DNA from: an uncultured Planctomycetaceae bacterium
GTDB lineage: Bacteria; Planctomycetota; Planctomycetia; Pirellulales; PALSA-1355
Length of the DNA: 64,000 nucleotides
Direction of reading: 5' to 3'
Assembly (NCBI GenBank): GCA_963785305.1
Contig: CAWAUV010000007.1
Coordinates: 256,001-320,000, forward strand
Each line of letters begins with the position of its first letter. Within the stretch, counting starts at the first letter, position 1. Position numbers and translations under genes: made by a program. This document shows positions 11,032-20,645 of this stretch, piece by piece. The notes beneath the pieces were generated by a model that saw only the letters and a list, made by a program, of their open reading frames with translations, was not told the DNA's origin and did no database searches.

Positions 11032-11048
11032 TTGGCATGGAACATGCG
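11032..11048 (+). promoter_or_regulatory. Putative sigma54 promoter of the Usp gene
   Basis: TTGGCATGGAACATGCG = GG-N10-GC, about 80 nt upstream of the start codon. Confidence 0.5.
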
Positions 11049-11127
11049 TCCATCCTTGCTCGGGGCCGCCGCTCGTTTGCGTGGTCACATCTTTCACGGC
11101 TGGGCTAGATAACATCTAGAGGTTGGC

Positions 11128-12057
11128 ATGTTTCATACCGTGCTCGTTCCACTCGACGGGTCAGCCTTCGCCGAACAGGCGTTGCCATGGGCCGTGAGCA
11201 TTGCTGGCCGAGCAAACGCAAAGCTTGATCTGGTGCGCGCTCATCTGCTTTATGCTCTTGATGTTCCCGCCTATGACTGGGCGCCCTATGACCCGGCGGT
11301 GGACGCTGATTTTCGGATCCGAGAACAACGTTATCTGGAGCACATCGCCCAGCATGTCAGGGACGAAGCGATCAAGGTGGACTATGCCGTGGGCGATGGC
11401 ACGGCCGCGGCCGCGATTCTCGCGCAAGCGCGCGAGATGGCGGCGAATTTGATCGTAATGGCGACGCATGGAAACGGCCCGCTAAGCCGCGCGTTTCTCG
11501 GCAGCGTGGCCGACAAATTGTTGCGGCGCAGTCCCGTTCCGATCCTGCTGGTTCGGCCCGAGGAGGCATTGCCGAATCTTCACGACCCGCCATCGCTCGG
11601 CAGAGTGGTCATTCCGCTCGACGGCTCGTCGATATCGGAAAGAATTCTCGGGCCAGCGGCGCAGCTTTGTTTAGCGATGAGAGCGCCTTGCACGCTCTTT
11701 CATGTCGTTGCTCCCGACCTTCGACCGGCGGCGAAAAGCACCTCCGACCGGAACGGTGGCCTGAATCGGTCTTGCCAAGAACATCAGGCCGAGGATTCGC
11801 TTGCCTATTTGGACAAAATCGCCGAGCGGCTTCGGGCCCGGTCGCTCGATGTCCAAACGCGAGTCGTCATCAGCGCCCACGCGGCGGCGGCGATTCATGC
11901 GGAGGCAAGCGCCGAGCCCAATAGCGCAATCGCGCTGGCAACGCACGGTCGCGGCGGATTCAAGAGGCTCCTTCTGGGAAGCGTCGCCGACAAGGTGGTG
12001 CGCGGCGCGTCGTGCCCGGTTCTCGTGTGCCGGGAATCCACGGAACGGGAGCGCTAG
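11128..12057 (+). CDS. Universal stress protein (two Usp domains)
   Basis: Two repeats of VPLDGS ... MATHG.G...LGSVADK. Confidence 0.95.
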   Translation: MFHTVLVPLDGSAFAEQALPWAVSIAGRANAKLDLVRAHLLYALDVPAYDWAPYDPAVDADFRIREQRYLEHIAQHVRDEAIKVDYAVGDGTAAAAILAQAREMAANLIVMATHGNGPLSRAFLGSVADKLLRRSPVPILLVRPEEALPNLHDPPSLGRVVIPLDGSSISERILGPAAQLCLAMRAPCTLFHVVAPDLRPAAKSTSDRNGGLNRSCQEHQAEDSLAYLDKIAERLRARSLDVQTRVVISAHAAAAIHAEASAEPNSAIALATHGRGGFKRLLLGSVADKVVRGASCPVLVCRESTERER

Positions 12058-12202
12058 CCGTTCTCTCGCCGGCGCGTCGGAATATCTCGCGGTTCAAACC
12101 GGAACCAGCCGCCACGCGCGAGGTCGGCGCCGAATCGTTGAAAGAGGACGATGCGAGAGGATTTGTTTGCGAACGCTCCGCGGAAGGATGTCGCGCCGCG
12201 CT

Positions 12203-13871
12203 TCAAGGCAAAAGTTGGATGCGTTTGATCGCCGTCACCAGCCGGTCGATTTCGCCGGTGGTATTGTAGAACGAGAGCGATGGCCGAACCGTCGTTTCGA
12301 CTCCGAATCGTCGCAGCGATGGCTGCGAACAGTGATGACCGGAGCGAACGGCGATTCCCTCTTGATCGAGCATGCGGCCAATGTCCTCGGTCCGCCGGTT
12401 AGGCAACACGAACGAGAGCACGCCGACCTTTTCTCGCGCGGTTCCAATCAGCCGCAGACCGTTGATTTTGACCAGTTGCTCGGTGGCGTAGTCGAGTAGT
12501 TCGTGCTCATGGGCCGCGATGTTCGGCAGTCCCAAGCGGTTCACATAATCCAGCGCGGCGCCGAGGCCCACGGCGTCGGCGATGTTCGGCGTGCCGGCTT
12601 CGAATTTGGCCGGCGACGTCGCTGAAGGTCGTTTCCTCGAAAGTCACGTTGCGAATCATATTGCCGCCGCCTTGCCACGGCGGCATGATGTCGTGCAGTT
12701 CTTCCTTGATGTACACGGCGCCGATGCCGGTGGGGCCAAAAATCTTGTGTCCGGAGAAGACAAAGAAATCGCAGCCGAGCTCTCGCACATCGACCGGAAT
12801 GTGCGCCACCGACTGAGCTCCGTCGATAAGCACCCGAGCCCCATATCGCTTGGCCATCTGGGTCATCTCGGCCACGGGCAAGATGGTTCCGAGGCTGTTC
12901 GAAGCCTGTGTCAAGGCAACGACTTTCGTGCGCGGGCCGAGAAGTTTTTGATACTCCTCGAGCATGATTTCGCCACGGTCGTTCACGGGAATGACACGCA
13001 AAACGGCCTGCTTCTCCTTGGCGACCATTTGCCAAGGAACGATGTTGGCATGATGTTCCAAGATCGAAAGCACCACTTCATCGCCCGGCTGCAGAAATTT
13101 TCGACCGTAGGTCTGAGTGATGAGGTTGATGCCTTCGGTGGTTCCGCGCACAAAGACGATTTCTTTCACCGACGACGCGCTAGGAAGGTTCGCACCTTCT
13201 CACGAGCCTTTTCATAGGCGTCGGTCGCGCGCGCCGCGAGCGTGTGCGCGGCGCGGTGGATGTTCGAGTTGTCTTGCTCGTAGAAGCGAGAAATCTCGTC
13301 GATGACACATTGCGGCTTTTGCGTGGTCGCGGCGTTGTCGAGCCAAGCCAGCGGCTTGCCATGCACGCGCTGTCGCAAAATCGGAAAGTCCTTCCGAATC
13401 GCCGGCACATCGAGCGGGCGCGAGCCCATTCCCGCCGGAGCGTATCCGTCGGAAAAAGGCTGCCGCGAAAGAGTGGCCGCCGGCAGTCCGACCCGCGGCG
13501 CCGAGCTCGTATACCGCAATTGACGAATACCCGCGACAAATCCCTTCAAACCATCGAACGAAGACGCCGCCGGCGAAGGAGCGCCGGCGTCACTGGGGGC
13601 CGAGGAAAAACTGGGAAATGCCGGGGCCGTCGCGAGCGATGCGGGAAGGTGGGGAGTCGCGGCGGGCGGGCTGGGTGGCGCCGGTTCGCCGCGCGGAGGC
13701 GCCGGACGCGCCACGCCCGCCGATACGGGCATGCTTTCCAGATTCGAGGGCGCCTGGGGCAAGGCGGGCTCCATCGCCGGCGCAGTCGGTTGGCATGGCT
13801 TCGGCATGCCGCGTCTCGTTGTAGAGTCGCGACGCGATTCGCGCGATCAGATCGGGGGTGACTTCTTCCAA
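12203..13871 (-). CDS. SufS-type cysteine desulfurase with long Pro/Ala-rich N-terminal extension (encapsulin cargo); three frameshifts (about 13810, 13180, 12615)
   Basis: IRKDFPIL, LDNAATTQKP, NIHRAAH, EHHANIVPWQ, DGAQS, SGHKIFGPTG, RSGHHC (catalytic Cys). TTG start with GGAG RBS immediately after the encapsulin gene. Confidence 0.9.
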
Positions 13872-13907
13872 GACTGCTTCTCCAGCTTAGCGGTCGAATC
13901 CAGGCTG

Positions 13908-15347
13908 TTACTTCGCTTTGGCTTGCCGATGTTCGTAGTCGTGATAGTAGCCGACTTCGACATTTTCGAGCACTCCGAGCGCGTCGTCGGTGAGCACGGC
14001 GCAGGAGAAGTAGAGCGTGAGCAGATACGAGGCGACGCCCAGGCTATCGAGGCCCATCAGCCGGGCCGACAGGCTGGGACTGATTTCGCCCGGGATTCCC
14101 GCTTGATGCAAGCCGACCACGCCCTGGTCGGCGTCGCCCACGCGCAGCAGCAGAATGCTCGTCGTGCCGAACCACTGGTTCGATTGATAGCGGCTCTTCA
14201 TCTCCAGCTTGTCGCAGGGAACCAGCGGAATGCCCCGCCAGGTAATCACCGGAACGCCGAACAGATTCATGGTCACCGGCGGCACGCCTCGCCAAGTGCA
14301 TTCACGCTCGAAAGCCGCGATCGCCTTGGGATGCGCCAGGAAGAACGCCGGCTTCTTCCACACCAGCGCCAAGAGCTCGTCCAGATCGTCCGGAGTCGGA
14401 GCGCCATAGCGGGTGCTGATCCGCATCGCCGGGTCGACCGAATGGATCAACCCGAATTTCTTGCTGTTGATCAGTTCCCATTCCTGACGTTCCTTGATCC
14501 CCTCGATCGTCAGCCGCATCTGTTCTTCAAGCTGGTCGAAGGGACCGTTGTACAGGTCCGACACCCGCGTATGCACCCGCACCACCGTTTGCACGGCCGA
14601 AAGCGAGTATTCACGCGGGTTGGCCGAATAGTCCACGAACGTCTCGGGAATCTCGACGTTCTCGGCAAAGCCCGAAACCAGATCGATATTCCGCTCCCCG
14701 TAGCGATTCACCGTCGAACGCAGTTCCAGATGCTCGTCGATCGCCTTCTTGAATTCCCCGCTCAAGTCGGGCACTTCGCCCAGCACCGAATCCAGGTCCT
14801 TGCGCGACAATGTCAGCAGCACGCAAGGGGTGATCGTGCGCACCGTGATGTCCGAGGGCTTCTCCGAAACCAGGTCGGTTTCGCCGAAAAACTCTCCTTC
14901 GGTCAGGAGCGCGATCCGCAGGTCGCTGCCATGCACGCCCTTGCTCAACACTTCGACTTGCCCTTGGGCAATGATGAAGAACTTGCTGCGATCCTCCCCC
15001 TCCACGATCAGCTTGTTCCGCAGCGATACCTCTTCCGTCTTGAAGCTGCTCGCCATTCGGCCGATGATCGCCTCCGGAAGCTTCGAGAACAAAGGCACGC
15101 TCCGCAGCGCCTCGGCCGGCAGCGAATACGCCCCGTCCTGAAGATCGACGCCGATCCGCTCCGCCTTGCTTAGTTCGACCTTGGTGCGGTTGACACGATA
15201 CGTGCCCCCCTCGACCTGCACCCACGGCAGAAGGCTCAAGAGCCAACGCGGGGTGATCGACATCATCTTCGGCGAGGTCTTCGTCGTGTTCGCCAGATTC
15301 CGCGCCACCGACGTCGTTACGCTACGCTGCAATAAATTGTCTGACAA
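13908..15347 (-). CDS. Family 2B encapsulin shell protein (inserted cNMP-binding domain), downstream copy
   Basis: ARNLANTTKTSPKMMSITPRWLL..LPWVQVEGGTYRVNR, internal cNMP domain (GEFFGE), PREYSLS, VHTRVSDLYNGP, PTPDDLDELL. TTG start with AAGGAG RBS. Confidence 0.93.
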   Translation of the reverse strand: MSDNLLQRSVTTSVARNLANTTKTSPKMMSITPRWLLSLLPWVQVEGGTYRVNRTKVELSKAERIGVDLQDGAYSLPAEALRSVPLFSKLPEAIIGRMASSFKTEEVSLRNKLIVEGEDRSKFFIIAQGQVEVLSKGVHGSDLRIALLTEGEFFGETDLVSEKPSDITVRTITPCVLLTLSRKDLDSVLGEVPDLSGEFKKAIDEHLELRSTVNRYGERNIDLVSGFAENVEIPETFVDYSANPREYSLSAVQTVVRVHTRVSDLYNGPFDQLEEQMRLTIEGIKERQEWELINSKKFGLIHSVDPAMRISTRYGAPTPDDLDELLALVWKKPAFFLAHPKAIAAFERECTWRGVPPVTMNLFGVPVITWRGIPLVPCDKLEMKSRYQSNQWFGTTSILLLRVGDADQGVVGLHQAGIPGEISPSLSARLMGLDSLGVASYLLTLYFSCAVLTDDALGVLENVEVGYYHDYEHRQAKAK

Positions 15348-16850
15348 AGCAGTGCTCCTTGCGGCATTGGTGATCGCAATAGTTCGCCGAAGTTAGATTC
15401 CCAGTCCGTCCTGAAACCCAAGAATTTCGCGGTTGTTGTAGTCGTGATAGTAGCCGACTTCGACATTTTCGAGCACTCCGAGCGCGTCGTCGGTGAGCAC
15501 GGCGCAGGAGAAGTAGAGCGTGAGCAGATACGAGGCGACGCCCAGGCTATCGAGGCCCATCAGCCGGGCCGACAGGCTGGGACTGATTTCGCCCGGGATT
15601 CCCGCTTGATGCAAGCCGACCACGCCCTGGTCGGCGTCGCCCACGCGCAGCAGCAGAATGCTCGTCGTGCCGAACCACTGGTTCGATTGATAGCGGCTCT
15701 TCATCTCCAGCTTGTCGCAGGGAACCAGCGGAATGCCCCGCCAGGTAATCACCGGAACGCCGAACAGATTCATGGTCACCGGCGGCACGCCTCGCCAAGT
15801 GCATTCACGCTCGAAAGCCGCGATCGCCTTGGGATGCGCCAGGAAGAACGCCGGCTTCTTCCACACCAGCGCCAAGAGCTCGTCCAGATCGTCCGGAGTC
15901 GGAGCGCCATAGCGGGTGCTGATCCGCATCGCCGGGTCGACCGAATGGATCAACCCGAATTTCTTGCTGTTGATCAGTTCCCATTCCTGACGTTCCTTGA
16001 TCCCCTCGATCGTCAGCCGCATCTGTTCTTCAAGCTGGTCGAAGGGACCGTTGTACAGGTCCGACACCCGCGTATGCACCCGCACCACCGTTTGCACGGC
16101 CGAAAGCGAGTATTCACGCGGGTTGGCCGAATAGTCCACGAACGTCTCGGGAATCTCGACGTTCTCGGCAAAGCCCGAAACCAGATCGATATTCCGCTCC
16201 CCGTAGCGATTCACCGTCGAACGCAGTTCCAGATGCTCGTCGATCGCCTTCTTGAATTCCCCGCTCAAGTCGGGCACTTCGCCCAGCACCGAATCCAGGT
16301 CCTTGCGCGACAATGTCAGCAGCACGCAAGGGGTGATCGTGCGCACCGTGATGTCCGAGGGCTTCTCCGAAACCAGGTCGGTTTCGCCGAAAAACTCTCC
16401 TTCGGTCAGGAGCGCGATCCGCAGGTCGCTGCCATGCACGCCCTTGCTCAACACTTCGACTTGCCCTTGGGCAATGATGAAGAACTTGCTGCGATCCTCC
16501 CCCTCCACGATCAGCTTGTTCCGCAGCGATACCTCTTCCGTCTTGAAGCTGCTCGCCATTCGGCCGATGATCGCCTCCGGAAGCTTCGAGAACAAAGGCA
16601 CGCTCCGCAGCGCCTCGGCCGGCAGCGAATACGCCCCGTCCTGAAGATCGACGCCGATCCGCTCCGCCTTGCTTAGTTCGACCTTGGTGCGGTTGACACG
16701 ATACGTGCCCCCCTCGACCTGCACCCACGGCAGAAGGCTCAAGAGCCAACGCGGGGTGATCGACATCATCTTCGGCGAGGTCTTCGTCGTGTTCGCCAGA
16801 TTCCTGCGCCACCGACGTCGTTACGCTACGCTGCAATAAATTGTCTGACA
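13935..16850. repeat. About 1.41-kb direct repeat (13935-15346 and 15438-16850) covering the encapsulin coding core
   Basis: Offset 1503/1504. Spot-checked segments and all alternative-frame ORF translations are identical between copies. Confidence 0.92.
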
Positions 16851-16851
16851 T
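15393..16851 (-). CDS. Family 2B encapsulin shell protein, upstream copy; 1-nt insertion near 16805
   Basis: Same sequence as 13908..15347 apart from the ATG start, one extra T, and a different C-terminal tail (NNREILGFQDGLGI). Confidence 0.93.
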
Positions 16852-17017
16852 GGGCATCCAAGAATTTGACGGCAAAAAACGGGTTGCGAATGATGGCCAC
16901 GGCGGAAAATCAAGCGCGCGGCGAGGGCGCCAAGCGACGAAAATCAGCGTATGGTTTGCCGAAAACCAAAGAGCGATTTGCTCGAAAGAAGCGGCGACCG
17001 GACGTTGAAATTTGTTC

Positions 17018-17065
17018 GAAGGCCCACGCTACACGTAGAGCGCCTCCGGTATGTCCGGTCAGCGT
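17018..17065 (-). promoter_or_regulatory. Candidate cis-regulatory RNA motif, copy 1 (encapsulin operon leader)
   Basis: Minus strand ACGCTGACCGG-ACATA-CCGGAGGC-GCTCTACGTG-TAGCGT-GGGCCTTC; matches the cysK leader motif. Confidence 0.55.
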
Positions 17066-17107
17066 TGGATTTGCTTATGCAAGCCTAATCGGCCGCAAAG
17101 CCTGCCT

Positions 17108-17135
17108 AGCTTAGCAGATCTGCCACGATTGTGAA
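17108..17135 (-). promoter_or_regulatory. Putative sigma70-type promoter for the encapsulin operon
   Basis: TTCACA-N16-TAAGCT with TG extension on the minus strand, just upstream of the leader motif. Confidence 0.35.
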
Positions 17136-17297
17136 AGTAGGGGGCAGGACGGTATTCAGGTCGTGGCGGTGGCGCCGTGATTACCGGGCGAGAGAGCTAT
17201 TTTTCGACTTTCCCCTTCGGAGCTTCCGGATCGTTGGCGCCGCTCCCGACGACGCATGGGTGATTGGCATCCGCAAGCCAGCGGAATACCGTTGACT

Positions 17298-19265
17298 TCA
17301 TTCGCCGGCGGAGAAAGCTGATGTCCCCACCGCGGCAACCGGCGACGGGACAAGATGGGCTAGCGCGCAGCTCAGCGACCGCGGCCGCTTGATTGCGAAG
17401 TTCGGGCACGGCGGTGCTTTCCCAGATGCCCGGCTTGCGCAATGTCCCGACCACGAACAGGTCGGGCATCACGTCGCCATTGACGCGAATTGCGTTGCCC
17501 TCGGCGGTCGTGTCCAGCCCGAGTCCAAGTTCGTCCGGCCGCACGAAATTATGCAGCAGCAGCGACCCGATGGCCGGATTCGACTCCGCGCTATTCGACG
17601 CCGCTGGCCCGGTGCAGTTGAGCACCCAGCCGGCATGGATCTCGCGCAACCGCTCATCGCCCCGTTCGCGCACATAGAGGCGAACGACATCGTCTACCGC
17701 GTGCGCGGAGGCGATGTTGCCCGCCACGACTCGCACCAGCCCTTGCTCTCGTCACGCGCGAAATCGTTCGGACACCTCGACCGCCATGCGGTGCCGATGG
17801 ACTTCCCAAAATGGTCGCAGCCGGGCAAGGAACTTTTGTCGTTCCAATCGCGACATCGATTGCCAGAGCAATGCCGTGTGTGGCCGCAAGCCGTCCACGA
17901 TGCTCCGCCAATTCCCGCCCGCGGCGGCGACTTCCGCCGTCTTTCTTCGCAATTCACGGAAGAATTTCTCAATGCGAAGACCGCCGGGCGCGGCCAAGGA
18001 TTCCATCACCAGCGCTCGCAGATCGGCGGGCGCGACCGGCGTGGACAGATGAGCCCGCGGAACCAGACCCCGACGTGAGATAAGCGTGATCGGCGCTCGG
18101 CGAGCTTCCTGCGTAAGCGACACGACGGCGTCGACGGCAGTCAGGCCACTGCCAAGGATGACGACCGGTTCGTCGGGACGGATCGCGTTCGTGGCAAAAG
18201 CGCCAGGGGTCGGCGATATAGCGATGCCTCGGCCCGCTCCAGAGTCGACCAATCGGATCGGGCGGCAGGCGATGGCCGATCGCCAAAATGACCGCGTCGG
18301 CGGAATGGGATGCGCCGCGGGCCAAATTCACAACCCATCCACCATTCGGGCGACGGGCGATGCGGCGCGCTTCGTCGAACACGACGGAAAGCCGCGATGA
18401 TCCATCGGTTTCGCGCGCGACGGCCAGCAACGATTCACGCACATATTCCCCGTACCATTGCCGCGGCAGAAAATCGTTGGGATCGGCCATGGCATAGCGG
18501 CGCGACACCCACTCGACAAAGTCATTCGGGCGGTCGGGCCACGCGCTCATCCGGCCCGCCGGAACATTCAGCAAGTGCACCTGCTCGCGCGTGCCATACG
18601 CCACCCCTTCGCCAACGGCGCCTTGCCGTTCGAGGATCACCACCTGAAGGCCGGAACCCAGCGCGTGGCCGCGACGCAGCAACTGCGAGGCCGTCATCGA
18701 ACCGCTGAAACCGCCACCGACAATGACGACCGTGGGGGAGCTGTTCGCCGGAGAGGAAACCTCCACGGCCGGGTGTTTCGGGCGCAGAACAAAACGGCGA
18801 AATTCCCCCAGCGGCGGCGTGTACACGTGAACCGTGACCAGCGTCTCTCCGAGGTCCGAAGCATTGCGAACCGTATGCACGCCGGCGTCCTGCCAAGCGG
18901 TTAATTCGCCTGGGCGAACGGCTGTTTCGTATTGTAGGTCGACATAACCATCGTCGGCGACCCGCCAAGACCCCTCGGCCGCTTCGGCTTGAAGCACGAG
19001 CATCGCCGAAACGGAGCCGGCATGATCGTGCGGAGCGACTTCCTTGGCCCGGCAGCCAGGTCAGCACGAGCAATTCGTAGTTTTCCCGGCGCACGATGGT
19101 GGCTCGGTGGTAAGTGCGCGTCGTCTCGCGGACATAGGGCGCCACATCGGCCATCGTCAGCTTCGAGGCCGCCAAGGCGGCGGCGATCTTGGTTAGCGCG
19201 AGGTCGGATCGCAATTCGTCGAGCCGCCGCGCTAATTCGGCGATGGGTCCGCTCATTACATCCAT
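17298..19265 (-). CDS. Fusion of a cysteine-dioxygenase-like cupin and an FAD/NAD(P)-binding oxidoreductase (NAD_binding_9/YdhS-like); several frameshifts; stop at 17298 or 17197
   Basis: WLPGQGSAPHDH..GVHTVRN..TVHVYTPP (3-His CDO pattern) continues in frame to VVIVGGGFSG, GVAYGT..HLLNVPAGRMS; second Rossmann motif ILGSGLTAVD; AGGAGG RBS. Confidence 0.8.
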
Positions 19266-19477
19266 GATGGGTATCCTCCTCGTATTCAATCCTTCGGGAA
19301 GAAGAGCCGCCGGCGACATGGCCCGCGGAGTCGTTGGAATCCGCGGGCGCCGCCGGTTCAAGCTAAGCCTTCGGCGGCGATTTTCCAAGCGACGTGTTCG
19401 ACAATTGCGTGGTTTCTCCCGACGAAGTCCAGCTTCGCAATTTTCAGCGAGTCGCCGCGTTATATAAACTCGCCAGC

Positions 19478-19506
19478 TTGAATGGCGCCAACGTTTTTGC
19501 TAAGAA
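19478..19506 (+). promoter_or_regulatory. Putative sigma70-type promoter of cysK-cysE
   Basis: TTGAAT-N17-TAAGAA with TG extension. Confidence 0.4.
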
Positions 19507-19521
19507 TTCATCTAACGCATT

Positions 19522-19577
19522 ACGCTGACCGGCCAACCGGAGGCTAGCGGATCCATTCAGGACCGCTAGCCTTTTTT
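19522..19577 (+). promoter_or_regulatory. Candidate cis-regulatory RNA motif, copy 2, with overlapping intrinsic terminator (attenuator) in the cysK leader
   Basis: ACGCTGACCGG-CCAA-CCGGAGGC, then stem AGGCTAGCGG/CCGCTAGCCT followed by a T tract, about 50 nt before the cysK ATG. Confidence 0.65.
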
Positions 19578-19625
19578 CGTGAATCGGCGCCAACGACACT
19601 CTCTTCCGCGGAAAGGGCCTGACTC

Positions 19626-20603
19626 ATGCCGCACTGGTTCCAGGACAACTCGCTCTCCATTGGTCATACTCCCCTGGTTCGACTCAACCGCGTGACCGAT
19701 GGGGCGGCGGCGATCGTGCTGGCGAAGATCGAGGGTCGAAATCCCGCTTCCTCCGTCAAGTGCCGTATCGGCGCGGCAATGATCTGGGACGCCGAGCGTC
19801 GCGAATTGCTAGGACCGGGCAAGGAACTCGTCGAACCGACAAGCGGAAACACCGGCATCGCGCTCGCGTTCGTGGCCGCGGCGCGCAATATCCCCTTGAC
19901 GCTCACGATGCCGGAAACGATGAGTGTCGAACGCCGCAAGCTCCTGCTGGCCCACGGCGCCAAGCTGGTGCTCACCGAAGGCCGACGCGGAATGAGCGGC
20001 GCCATTGCGAGCGCCGAGGAAATCGTCGCGTCGAACCCGCGAAAATACGTGCTGCTGCAGCAGTTCAAGAACCCGGCGAACCCCGCTATTCACGAGCAAA
20101 CCACGGGCCCGGAAATCTGGGACGACACGGAGGGCGCGATCGATATTCTCGTTTCGGGCGTCGGCACCGGCGGCACCATCACCGGCGTGTCGCGGTACAT
20201 CAAGGGCGCCAAGGGCAAGGCGATTATCTCGGTGGCTGTCGAGCCAGCCGCGAGCCCGGTCCTCACTCAGCATCGCGCGGGAGAGCCGCTGCAACCCGGC
20301 CCGCACAAAATCCAGGGAATTGGCGCGGGCTTTGTCCCAGCGGTGCTGGACCTTTCGTTGGTGGATGCGATCGAGCAAGTGACGAACGAGGAGGCGATTA
20401 GCTACGCGCGTCGCTTGACGCTGGAAGAGGGAATTCTGGCGGGTATTTCATGCGGCGCCGCGACCGCCGTCGCCGCGCGCTTCGCCAAACGCCCCGAGAA
20501 CGCGGGCAAGACGATCGTGGTGATTCTCCCCGACTCGGGGGAAAGGTATTTAAGTTCGACCCTTTTCGATGGCGTGTTCGACGCCGAAGGACGCGCCCGA
20601 TGA
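19626..20603 (+). CDS. cysK: Cysteine synthase A (O-acetylserine sulfhydrylase)
   Basis: [53 protein letters not shown]. Confidence 0.97.
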   Translation: MPHWFQDNSLSIGHTPLVRLNRVTDGAAAIVLAKIEGRNPASSVKCRIGAAMIWDAERRELLGPGKELVEPTSGNTGIALAFVAAARNIPLTLTMPETMSVERRKLLLAHGAKLVLTEGRRGMSGAIASAEEIVASNPRKYVLLQQFKNPANPAIHEQTTGPEIWDDTEGAIDILVSGVGTGGTITGVSRYIKGAKGKAIISVAVEPAASPVLTQHRAGEPLQPGPHKIQGIGAGFVPAVLDLSLVDAIEQVTNEEAISYARRLTLEEGILAGISCGAATAVAARFAKRPENAGKTIVVILPDSGERYLSSTLFDGVFDAEGRAR

Positions 20604-20645
20604 CCACCAGCAAGCCAGAATGCCCACTCCACCCCGCCAAGCGAG

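Noticed and set aside
13908..16851. Calling the duplicated genes CRP-type transcription factors or prophage capsids
   Set aside because: No HTH; the cNMP domain is inserted in an encapsulin shell sequence; no terminase, portal or tail genes are nearby.
17140..17300. Possible SAM or other known riboswitch upstream of the encapsulin operon
   Set aside because: No recognisable SAM-I/II/IV, T-box or cobalamin consensus elements.
19497..19547. uORF TTG-LRIHLTHYADRPTGG-stop as a cysteine-sensing leader peptide for cysK
   Set aside because: No Cys codons, no RBS, the start overlaps the predicted -10 element, and the frame is not preserved in the second motif copy (extra loop base).
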